Assembly: GCA_023263105.1 (NCBI GenBank)
Contig: JALQXR010000001.1
Location: 9,891 to 73,890 of the forward strand
Direction of reading: 5' to 3'
From: Marivivens sp.
Lineage (GTDB): Bacteria > Pseudomonadota > Alphaproteobacteria > Rhodobacterales > Rhodobacteraceae
Length of the DNA stretch: 64,000 bases
A program made the position numbers and the translations under genes. Under the pieces are notes generated by a model, which ran no database searches, was not told the DNA's origin, and saw nothing but the letters and a program-made list of their open reading frames with translations. Every line of letters starts with the position of its first letter. The stretch's first letter is position 1. Below are positions 1 to 8,055 of the stretch, one piece after another.

Positions 1-1083
1 CACGGCCATACGGTCGCGGTCAACGACGGTGATATAGACCGTTTCCTTGTGGACGTTTTCTGCCCCTGGCAGGTCCAAGGGCAGCGCACGGTCTTCGGAA
101 ATCAGTGCGGCAAGCCGTGCCGCGGTGTCCGGCGACAACATGTGGTCCAGCCGAGAGGTATGGTCAGGGTCCGCGATGACTCTGTTACGGGTGTCATAGG
201 CCAGCTTCGCGGCCTCGGCCTCTAGGTGGGTGCGGCGAATGCCAAAGGGATTTCCATCGGCCAATTCGAAATGCTTGAGAATGTTAAGCATCAGGATCGC
301 GGTCGCCCCCTGACCGTTCGGCGGATGCTCGACCAGTTCAAAGGGGCCGTAGTCGCCGCTGACCGGATCGGTGTAGGTGCAGGCCGTTGCGGCGAAATCT
401 TCCTGCGTGTGGGTGCCGCCAGCGGCCCGAAGCGATGCGACCATGTCGTCGGCCACGGGTCCGGCGTAGAATCCGTCACGTCCCTTGGCCGCGATCTGGC
501 GCAAAACCTTTGCCTGACCCGGTGCGCGGAACAGACTGCCCAAAGCGGGGGCCTTGTCGTCGTGAAGATAGAATTTGCGGGCAGCGCCGGTCAGGACGGG
601 TGCGGACTCGATCAAGTCCACGGAAACTCGGGGCGCGACCGGGACGCCTGCCTCGGCGTAATGGATGGCGGGTTGCAGAATACGGTCGAGTCCCAGCTTG
701 CCCCAGTCGTCGGACAGTCGGCAGAAGGCGTCGATCGCCCCGGGGACGGTCACCGCATCGACACCGTAAAGTGGCATCTTGCCGTCGTTCTTTGCCCGCA
801 GCGCATCAGCGGAGAGCCCTGCGGGCGACCTGCCCGAGCCGTTCAGGGCGATGACCCTGTCCTCTCCGGCGGGTTTCAGAAGCACAAAGCAGTCACCGCC
901 GATTCCGGTCATCTGCGGTTCGCAAATGCCCAACAGGACCGCCCCGGCAATGGCGGCGTCCACCGCGTTGCCGCCCGCCTGAAGCGTATCCAGCGCGACT
1001 TTCGCGGCCAGAGGATGCGACGTGGCGCACATGCCGTTGGTGGCATAGACCGCCGACCGGCCCGGTTTCTGGAAATCACGCAT
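1..1083 (-). CDS. ggt: gamma-glutamyltransferase, N-terminal part (C-terminus runs off the window start)
   Basis: My own minus-strand translation from ATG (1083-1081) gives MRDFQKPGRSAVYATNGMCATSHPLAAKVALDTLQAGGNAVDAAIAGAVLLGICEPQMTGIGGDCF... and stays open to base 1. It is missing from the ORF track because it has no stop in the window. The 226..1125 + ORF is its antisense shadow. Confidence 0.85.
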   Translation of the reverse strand, partial: MRDFQKPGRSAVYATNGMCATSHPLAAKVALDTLQAGGNAVDAAIAGAVLLGICEPQMTGIGGDCFVLLKPAGEDRVIALNGSGRSPAGLSADALRAKNDGKMPLYGVDAVTVPGAIDAFCRLSDDWGKLGLDRILQPAIHYAEAGVPVAPRVSVDLIESAPVLTGAARKFYLHDDKAPALGSLFRAPGQAKVLRQIAAKGRDGFYAGPVADDMVASLRAAGGTHTQEDFAATACTYTDPVSGDYGPFELVEHPPNGQGATAILMLNILKHFELADGNPFGIRRTHLEAEAAKLAYDTRNRVIADPDHTSRLDHMLSPDTAARLAALISEDRALPLDLPGAENVHKETVYITVVDRDRMAV

Positions 1084-1333
1084 AAGCTGCCTCGACCTGT
1101 GCTATTGCTCTTTAGCGAACCATAGGGCGGCTATCAGGAAGGTCAAAGGGGAAGCCTCGGCGCCGAGTAACTGGGTGGGGGCTAATACGTACCCGGCGCC
1201 GAGTGAAGCTTTAAGCAGCTACAAGTTCGTTTTGACCTTGATTCAGGGCTGTAAAATGGACCGAACATGACATTATTGCGGCGATTGCCTTTTCTTGCGG
1301 AACGCGCTTAGAGTGCGCCAGGAGGAATTGATC

Positions 1334-2506
1334 ATGCGTTCAATTATCATTGCCGGCGCTGCGCGCACCCCGATGGGCGGTTTTCAGGGGGCTCTGGGCG
1401 ACCTGAGTGCGGCCGACCTTGGCGGAGCGGCGATTCGCGCTGCGATGGCGGGGGCCAAAGCGACCGAGGTCGACGAATTGCTGATGGGCTGCGTGTTGCC
1501 TGCGGGTCAGGGTCAGGCGCCTGCGCGTCAGGCCGGATTCGCCGCCGGACTGGACCAGTCGGTGCCCGCGACCACGCTGAACAAGATGTGCGGATCGGGC
1601 ATGAAGGCCGCGATGATGGCCTTTGACCAGATCGCAAGCGGTGGTGCCGACGTCATCGTGGCGGGCGGAATGGAGAGCATGACCAATGCGCCCTACCTGC
1701 TGCCAAAGATGCGGGGCGGTGCGCGGATCGGACACCAGCAGGTGCAGGACTCGATGTTTCTGGACGGCCTAGAGGACGCCTATGACAAAGGCCGCCTGAT
1801 GGGCACCTTCGCCGAAGATTGCGCCACCGAATTCCAGTTCAGCCGGCAAATGCAGGACGAATATGCGCTGGGCTCTTTGGGCAATGCCTTGGCCGCGCAG
1901 GACTCTGGCGCTTTTGCCAAGGAAATCGCTCCGGTCACCGTGTCGACCCGCGCGGGCGACGTGACCGTGGCTGTCGACGAACAACCCGGCAAGGCGCGCC
2001 CCGAAAAGATCCCGACGCTCAAACCGGCGTTCCGCAAGGACGGCTCGGTGACGGCGGCGAATTCCTCGTCGATTTCGGACGGGGCGGCGGCGCTGGTCAT
2101 CGCCTCGGTAGAGGCGGCAGAGGCCCGTGGCCTGACCGTCCGTGCCCGTATTCTAGGCCATGCCAGCCACGCGCAGGAACCCGGATGGTTCACCACCGCC
2201 CCCGTTCCCGCCGCGAAAAAGCTGCTGGACCGGCTGGGCTGGACCGTCGACGACGTGGACCTGTGGGAAGTTAACGAAGCCTTTGCGGTGGTGCCGATGG
2301 CCTTCATGCATGAAATGAACATCCCCCGCGACCGGATGAACGTGAACGGCGGCGCTTGTGCGCTTGGCCACCCGATCGGAGCCTCGGGCGCGCGGATCAT
2401 GGTGACCTTGCTGAATGCGCTGGAAACCCGCGGCCTGAAGCGTGGCGTTGCCGCCATCTGCATCGGCGGCGGCGAAGGCACAGCGATAGCGATCGAACGG
2501 GTCTGA
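1334..2506 (+). CDS. acetyl-CoA C-acetyltransferase (thiolase II)
   Basis: MRSIIIAGAARTPMGGFQGAL... with NKMCGSGMKA and C-terminal GGGEGTAIAIERV thiolase signatures. GGAGGA RBS at 1321-1326 precedes ATG 1334, so I trimmed the start from the 1295 ORF. Confidence 0.93.
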   Translation: MRSIIIAGAARTPMGGFQGALGDLSAADLGGAAIRAAMAGAKATEVDELLMGCVLPAGQGQAPARQAGFAAGLDQSVPATTLNKMCGSGMKAAMMAFDQIASGGADVIVAGGMESMTNAPYLLPKMRGGARIGHQQVQDSMFLDGLEDAYDKGRLMGTFAEDCATEFQFSRQMQDEYALGSLGNALAAQDSGAFAKEIAPVTVSTRAGDVTVAVDEQPGKARPEKIPTLKPAFRKDGSVTAANSSSISDGAAALVIASVEAAEARGLTVRARILGHASHAQEPGWFTTAPVPAAKKLLDRLGWTVDDVDLWEVNEAFAVVPMAFMHEMNIPRDRMNVNGGACALGHPIGASGARIMVTLLNALETRGLKRGVAAICIGGGEGTAIAIERV

Positions 2507-2508
2507 CA

Positions 2509-2961
2509 ATGCGGGTTGATTACGCGGAACTGGCCAAGGTCGTTGCCGCCCTGACAGAGGGCGAAACAGACGACGTCGCGTTGATGGCCACCGTCGTGTG
2601 CGAGGTTCACCACGCGGACGACCGGTTCGACTGGACCGGCTTTTACCGCGTTGTCGCTCCGGACCTGATGAAAATCGGCCCGTACCAAGGCGGCCACGGC
2701 TGCCTGCAGATCCCGTTTTCGCGCGGGGTTTGCGGCGCGGCGGCGCGAACCGGACAGGTGCAGCTGGTCCCCGATGTCGAGGCCTTCCCCGACCACATCG
2801 CTTGCTCCAGTTCGACGCGCTCGGAAATCGTGCTGCCGGTCCGGAATGCAAAGGGCGACCTTATCGCGGTTTTCGACATCGACAGCGACAGGCCCGATGC
2901 CTTTGACGCAGCCGATCAGGCCGGACTCGAGTCGATTCTGAAGGCCGTTTTCGCCTCCTGA
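2509..2961 (+). CDS. GAF domain protein, free methionine-(R)-sulfoxide reductase (YebR/fRMsr)-like
   Basis: MRVDYAELAKVVAAL...FDWTGFYRV...DHIACSSSTRSEIVLPV, typical of the small stand-alone GAF/fRMsr family. ATG 2509 lies 2 nt after the thiolase stop. Confidence 0.8.
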   Translation: MRVDYAELAKVVAALTEGETDDVALMATVVCEVHHADDRFDWTGFYRVVAPDLMKIGPYQGGHGCLQIPFSRGVCGAAARTGQVQLVPDVEAFPDHIACSSSTRSEIVLPVRNAKGDLIAVFDIDSDRPDAFDAADQAGLESILKAVFAS

Positions 2962-2969
2962 ACCCTGCC

Positions 2970-2996
2970 CGTGAAATTTCGCTTTGAGATTTCACG
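2970..2996. promoter_or_regulatory. dyad operator candidate, site 1: CGTGAAAT-N11-ATTTCACG
   Basis: Perfect 8-bp inverted arms read directly from the sequence upstream of the XRE-cupin gene. Confidence 0.6.
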
Positions 2997-3008
2997 CAAT
3001 CGTGGCAG

Positions 3009-3035
3009 CGTGAAATTCTACGTTCAGATTTCACG
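3009..3035. promoter_or_regulatory. dyad operator candidate, site 2: CGTGAAAT-N11-ATTTCACG
   Basis: Same arms and same 11-nt spacing as site 1. It ends 5 nt before ATG 3041. Confidence 0.6.
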
Positions 3036-3040
3036 AGCCC

Positions 3041-3610
3041 ATGACTCAGGACCTGCTACATCACCACCAGACCCTTGGTGCGGACCTTCGGGCCCTGCGA
3101 AAGGCGCGTGGGCTGACGCTGCAGGATTTGTCGGACCATCTGGGCCGATCCGTGGGCTGGCTTAGTCAGGTCGAGCGTGACCTTTCGGTGCCCTCGATCA
3201 ACGACCTGCGCGACATTGCAAACCGTCTGGATGTCTCTGTCTCTAGCCTGTTCCGCGCCGATGCCGCCGAAGGAGAGGCCGGTCTGGTCGTTCGCAAAGG
3301 CAACCGCCGCCCCATCGGCTCACGGGAAGCAGGGCTGGTAGAAGAGCTTTTGTCCCCCGATCTGACCGACGCCTTCGAGGTGGTCCATTCGACCTTTGAA
3401 CCCAGATCCGCGCTACCCCGCCCGATCAGCCGCCCGACCCAAGAGGTAGGCTTTGTCGTCAGCGGGCGCCTGAATATCCAGATCGGGTCCAAGGACTTTG
3501 TCCTTTCGACCGGCGACAGTTTCCGCACGCGCGGTGAATCCATGCGTTGGGCCAATCCCTATGACACGCCGTGCACGGTGGTCTGGGTGATTGCGCCTCC
3601 GATCTATTAG
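3041..3610 (+). CDS. XRE-family HTH transcriptional regulator with C-terminal cupin domain
   Basis: N-terminal HTH (LRALRKARGLTLQDLSDHLGRSVGWLSQVERDLSVPSINDL) and a C-terminal cupin-like beta region. Two dyad operators lie directly upstream. Confidence 0.85.
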   Translation: MTQDLLHHHQTLGADLRALRKARGLTLQDLSDHLGRSVGWLSQVERDLSVPSINDLRDIANRLDVSVSSLFRADAAEGEAGLVVRKGNRRPIGSREAGLVEELLSPDLTDAFEVVHSTFEPRSALPRPISRPTQEVGFVVSGRLNIQIGSKDFVLSTGDSFRTRGESMRWANPYDTPCTVVWVIAPPIY

Positions 3611-3618
3611 AGTCGCCG

Positions 3619-4236
3619 ATGTCGCTGGACGCTTGGATCATTTTCGCGACCTTCTGGCTGGTTTTCGTAACCACTCCGGGACCGAATGCGGCCAACTGCA
3701 TTTCTAACGGGATGACCTATGGCTTTGTCCGCAGCCTGTGGGGCGTTCTGGCCATCCTGACTCAGGCAAGCGTCTTTCTTGTCCTGTCGGCGCTTGGCGT
3801 GACTGCGTTGATCGCGACCTCTCCGACGGCCTTCTCAGTGCTGCAATACGTCGGCGCGGCGGTGCTGGTGGGGCTGGGCATTCGCGGCTGGGTCATGGCG
3901 CGCACCCCGCCAAAGGCACAGGTGGCCGGACGGGGGTCGCTATATGGTCGGGCGCTGGTGATCGCCACGATCAACCCCAAAAGCGTCGCCGGCTACCTTG
4001 CTGCATTTAGCCAGTTCGTCGATCCGGTCGTGCCCATCGGGCAGCAGATGACGGTGATCATGCCGACGGCCCTGACGCTCACGGCGCTCAGCTACTGCGG
4101 CTACACCGCGCTGGGGGCGCTTTTGGGGCGGGCTGCAATGGCGGCAATCGTGAACCTTTGGGTGCGGCGCGCTTTGGCGGTTTGTCTTATGATCTATGGC
4201 CTGCTTCTGGGCAGCGCCAATCTGGCAAGGGTCTGA
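3619..4236 (+). CDS. LysE/RhtB-family amino-acid exporter
   Basis: MSLDAWIIFATFWLVFVTTPGPNAANCISNG... is a typical LysE N-terminus with about 6 hydrophobic segments. ATG 3619 lies 8 nt after the regulator stop. Confidence 0.85.
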   Translation: MSLDAWIIFATFWLVFVTTPGPNAANCISNGMTYGFVRSLWGVLAILTQASVFLVLSALGVTALIATSPTAFSVLQYVGAAVLVGLGIRGWVMARTPPKAQVAGRGSLYGRALVIATINPKSVAGYLAAFSQFVDPVVPIGQQMTVIMPTALTLTALSYCGYTALGALLGRAAMAAIVNLWVRRALAVCLMIYGLLLGSANLARV

Positions 4237-4288
4237 CCATGGCCGATAACCCCGCCACGCGCCCCGACCGGCGCAAGAGGAGCAAAAG

Positions 4289-4669
4289 ATGAAAACCGGA
4301 GGCTGCCTGTGTGGCGCGGTGCGCTACGAACTAAGCCAAGACCCGAAGGATTTTCGGGCCTGCCATTGCACGATGTGCCGAAAGGTCAGCGGCTATTACT
4401 GGGCCGCGTTTCACGTCCCTGCGGGCGCGTTGCGTCTGACGGAAACGCGCGGGCTGAGCTGGTTCCGGTCCTCGGCCTCTGCCGAGCGCGGCTTTTGCAA
4501 AGACTGCGGCTCGGCGCTGTTTTACCGGCCGACCGGATCCCAAGACTACGAAGTCGCCCCCGGTTCGGTCGACGGCGAGGTCGGCGCAAAGCTGATCGGG
4601 CACATCTTTGTCGCGGACAAGGGCGACTACTACGACATCGCGGACGGACTTCCGCAGCGCAACGATTGA
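4289..4669 (+). CDS. GFA-family protein (glutathione-dependent formaldehyde-activating enzyme / CENP-V fold)
   Basis: Cys-rich zinc motifs GGCLCGAVRY...CHCTMCRK...CKDCGS. AGGAG RBS upstream. Confidence 0.85.
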   Translation: MKTGGCLCGAVRYELSQDPKDFRACHCTMCRKVSGYYWAAFHVPAGALRLTETRGLSWFRSSASAERGFCKDCGSALFYRPTGSQDYEVAPGSVDGEVGAKLIGHIFVADKGDYYDIADGLPQRND

Positions 4670-4685
4670 AAAGAGAGAGTGTGAC

Positions 4686-7148
4686 ATGAGCGATTTTCCA
4701 ACCACGGCGCGTGTGGTCATCATCGGCGGAGGGGTCGTCGGAACGTCCTCGCTTTTCCATCTGGCAAAGGCCGGTTGGACCGACTGCGTCCTGCTAGAAA
4801 AGAACGAACTGACCGCGGGCAGCACGTGGCATGCCGCCGGAAACGTGCCGACGTTTTCGACCTCTTGGTCGATCATGAACATGCAGCGCTATTCGACCGA
4901 ACTGTACAGCCGGCTTGGGGCCGAGGTCGACTATCCGATGAACTACCACGTCACCGGCTCTATCCGGCTGGCACATTCGAACGAACGCATGCAAGAGTTC
5001 AAGCGCGCGGCGGGTATGGGCCGGTATCAGGGGATCAATATCGAAATCCTTGATCCGGCAGAGACCCAATCGCGCTACCCGTTTCTAGAGACCCACGACC
5101 TGAAGGGGTCGCTGTACGATCCCAACGATGGGGACATCGACCCCGCGCAGGTGACGCAGGCGCTGGCCAAGGGCGCACGGGACATGGGGGCAAAGATCCT
5201 GCGGTTCACCCCCGCGACCGGAGTCAGCCGCGAGAACGGCGAATGGATCGTCCATACGGATAAGGGCGACATCCGCTGCGAATACGTGGTGAACGCCGCA
5301 GGCTACTATGCCCAGCGCGTGGGCGAGTGGTTCAAGCCCTATGGCGGTCGCACCGTACCGATGATGGTGATGAGCCACCAATACCTGCTGTCCGAAGAAA
5401 TCCCCGAACTGGTCGAGCGGACCAAGCAGACCGGCAAGAAACTGCCCCTGCTGCGGGACGTCGACAGTTCCTATTACCTGCGACAGGAAAAGGCGGGCTT
5501 TAACCTTGGCCCCTACGAACGGAACTGCAAGGCGCATTGGGTGCGTCCCGAAGACCCGATGCCCGAAGACTTTAGCTTTCAGCTGTATCCCGACGATCTG
5601 GACCGGCTGGAATGGTATATCGAAGACGCCATGGCCCGCGTGCCGCTGTTGGGGCAGGCAGGGATATCCAAGGTCATCAACGGCCCGATCCCCTATGCCC
5701 CTGACGGCAACCCGCTGATCGGCCCGATGCCCGGCGTGCCCAACGCGTTCGAGGCCTGCGTCTTTACATTCGGCATCGCGCAGGGCGGCGGCGCTGGCAA
5801 AGTGCTGGCCGAATGGATCACCGAAGGCCAGACCGAATGGGACATGTGGTCCTGCGATCCTCGCCGTTTCACCGACTATACCGACGCCGACTATTGCGTT
5901 GAAAAAGGGATGGAAATCTACGGCCACGAATACGCCATGCATTTCCCGTGGCACCGCTGGCCCGCGGGCGTCGACCGCAAACTGTCGCCTGCCCATGACC
6001 GCGTAACGTCCTTGGGCGGCCAGATGGGCGCCTACAACGGCTGGGAACGTGCCAATTGGTTCGCCAAGGACGGCGACGATACGTCCGAGGCTTCGACCCA
6101 GACTTGGAACCGCGCCGGCCCATGGGAGCCCCGCATCCGAGAGGAATGTGAAGCCGTGCGGGACACGGTCGGCGTGCTCGACCTGCCGGGGTTCTCGCGG
6201 TATCGGCTTCAGGGTCCGGGCGCGGCCGAATTCCTGCGCGGGCTGTGCACCGGCGGCATTCCAAAGATCGGGCGGATCGGCCTTTTGTATTTTGCGGACA
6301 GCCGTGGACGGATCGTGACCGAAATGTCCGCGATGCGGCTGGATGAGGATTTCTTTTTCCTTATCACGGCTGGCGTCGCGCAGTGGCATGACCTTGAATG
6401 GCTGCAAAAACACCGCCCCGAGGGCGCCGAGTTCACCCTGACCGACGTGACCCGCGACTTTGGGTGCCAGATCGTGACAGGGCCGAAATCCCGCGCCTTG
6501 CTGGCCGACCTGACGGACGCCGATCTAGGCCAGCCTTGGCTGACCCACCAGTCCGCGCAGCTAGGCGGGATCTGGGTGCAGTTGGTCCGTGTTTCCTTTG
6601 CCGGTGAGCTGGGATGGGAGGTCCATTCAAAGACCGCCGATACCGCAGCCATCTACGATATGCTGTTGAAAGCAGGGGAAAAACACGGGGTGAAACCCTT
6701 TGGCATGTGGGCACTGAACAGCCTCCGGCTGGAAAAAGGTTACCGCGCGTGGAAAGGCGATCTGTCCACCGATTACACCCTGTTCCAAGGCGGATTGGAC
6801 CGTTTCGTAAAGCTCGACAAGCCGCAGGATTTCCCCGGTAAGGCCGCGCTGATGAACGAACACCAGCAAGGCGTGACAAAGCGTTTCGCAACGCTCGTGG
6901 TCGACGCACAGGAATGCGACGCCCCCTATATGTCGACGATCTGGCACGGGGGCAAAGTGGTCGGCGAAACCACCAGCGGCGGCTGGGGCTATCGTGTGAA
7001 CGCGTCGGTCGCGCTGGGGATGCTGCGTGCGGACCTAGCCGTCGAAGACACCGAGGTCGAAGTCGAAATCTACGGACAACGCCACCGCGCGGTCGTTCAG
7101 GCGGATCAGCCGCTGTGGGACCCCGAAAACGCCCGCATCAGGGCCTGA
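4686..7148 (+). CDS. FAD-dependent oxidoreductase fused to GcvT-type folate-binding aminomethyltransferase domain (dimethylglycine/sarcosine dehydrogenase family), paralog 1
   Basis: VVIIGGGVVGTS dinucleotide fold, STWHAAGN motif (the covalent-FAD His context in this family), and a C-terminal GcvT-like region (SFAGELGWEVH, LRLEKGYRAW). About 820 aa. Confidence 0.9.
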   Translation: MSDFPTTARVVIIGGGVVGTSSLFHLAKAGWTDCVLLEKNELTAGSTWHAAGNVPTFSTSWSIMNMQRYSTELYSRLGAEVDYPMNYHVTGSIRLAHSNERMQEFKRAAGMGRYQGINIEILDPAETQSRYPFLETHDLKGSLYDPNDGDIDPAQVTQALAKGARDMGAKILRFTPATGVSRENGEWIVHTDKGDIRCEYVVNAAGYYAQRVGEWFKPYGGRTVPMMVMSHQYLLSEEIPELVERTKQTGKKLPLLRDVDSSYYLRQEKAGFNLGPYERNCKAHWVRPEDPMPEDFSFQLYPDDLDRLEWYIEDAMARVPLLGQAGISKVINGPIPYAPDGNPLIGPMPGVPNAFEACVFTFGIAQGGGAGKVLAEWITEGQTEWDMWSCDPRRFTDYTDADYCVEKGMEIYGHEYAMHFPWHRWPAGVDRKLSPAHDRVTSLGGQMGAYNGWERANWFAKDGDDTSEASTQTWNRAGPWEPRIREECEAVRDTVGVLDLPGFSRYRLQGPGAAEFLRGLCTGGIPKIGRIGLLYFADSRGRIVTEMSAMRLDEDFFFLITAGVAQWHDLEWLQKHRPEGAEFTLTDVTRDFGCQIVTGPKSRALLADLTDADLGQPWLTHQSAQLGGIWVQLVRVSFAGELGWEVHSKTADTAAIYDMLLKAGEKHGVKPFGMWALNSLRLEKGYRAWKGDLSTDYTLFQGGLDRFVKLDKPQDFPGKAALMNEHQQGVTKRFATLVVDAQECDAPYMSTIWHGGKVVGETTSGGWGYRVNASVALGMLRADLAVEDTEVEVEIYGQRHRAVVQADQPLWDPENARIRA

Positions 7149-7156
7149 GGAACATC

Positions 7157-8047
7157 ATGGCAGTCATCACACTTTTGGACGGCGGGTTGGGCCAAGAACT
7201 GGTCAAACGGTCAGGCGACCGACCGACCAGCCTGTGGTCAACCCAAGTCATGGTCGACCACCCCGGCATCGTGCAGCAACTCCACGCCGACTATTTCGCG
7301 GCAGGAGCGGGCGTCGCGACGACCAATACCTACTGCGTGCACCACGACCGGCTGGAAGGGACCGAACTGACCGGCCGGTTCCACGACCTGCATGACGCGG
7401 CATTGACCGAAGCGTTGGGGGCCCGCCCCGCTGGCAAGAGGGTCGCGGGGTCGATCGGCCCGTTGGTGGCGTCCTACCGCCCTGAAACCCATCCGCCCCA
7501 CGACGAAGCGGTCGCGAAATACGCCGAGGTCGCCCGCATCCTTGGGTCCAAGGTCGACTTTATCATCTGCGAAACCGTGGCATCGCTGGCCCATGCCCGC
7601 GCGATCCTCGAAGGCGCAAAGGCGGGAGGTGTGCCGGTCTGGCTGTCTGTCACCGTCGACGACGAAGACGGCAGCAAGCTGAGATCGGGCGAGCCGGTCG
7701 CCAAGGTCTGCGCCGTCGCGATTGCGGGCGGCGCGGAAGCGGTGCTTGCCAATTGCTCGGCACCCGAAGCAATGCCCGCAGCGCTTGCCGCGTTAAAGGC
7801 GTCGGGCCTGCCCTATGGGGCCTATGCCAATGGATTTACCCAGATCACAAAAGACTTTCTCAAGGACAAGCCGACGGTCGATGCGCTGCACCCCCGCGAG
7901 GACCTGACCCCCGAAGCCTATGCCCGCCACGTCATGGCATGGGTCGATCAGGGTGCGACCATCGTTGGCGGTTGCTGCGAAACCGGCCCCGCGCATATTT
8001 CCGAACTCGCCCGTCAGCTGACCGCTGCGGGACATAGCCTGAACTGA
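7157..8047 (+). CDS. homocysteine S-methyltransferase family protein (betaine- or S-methylmethionine-type)
   Basis: MAVITLLDGGLGQEL...; zinc-ligand cysteines in ANCS and GGCCETGP, typical of Pfam S-methyl_trans. Lies between the two dehydrogenase paralogs with 8-nt gaps. Confidence 0.88.
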   Translation: MAVITLLDGGLGQELVKRSGDRPTSLWSTQVMVDHPGIVQQLHADYFAAGAGVATTNTYCVHHDRLEGTELTGRFHDLHDAALTEALGARPAGKRVAGSIGPLVASYRPETHPPHDEAVAKYAEVARILGSKVDFIICETVASLAHARAILEGAKAGGVPVWLSVTVDDEDGSKLRSGEPVAKVCAVAIAGGAEAVLANCSAPEAMPAALAALKASGLPYGAYANGFTQITKDFLKDKPTVDALHPREDLTPEAYARHVMAWVDQGATIVGGCCETGPAHISELARQLTAAGHSLN

Positions 8048-8055
8048 GGTTAACC

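Noticed and set aside
2971-3165. 64-aa ORF starting MKFRFEISRNRGSVKFYVQISR
   Set aside because: Its start codon is the GTG of the first operator arm. It runs out of frame through the operators into the XRE regulator gene.
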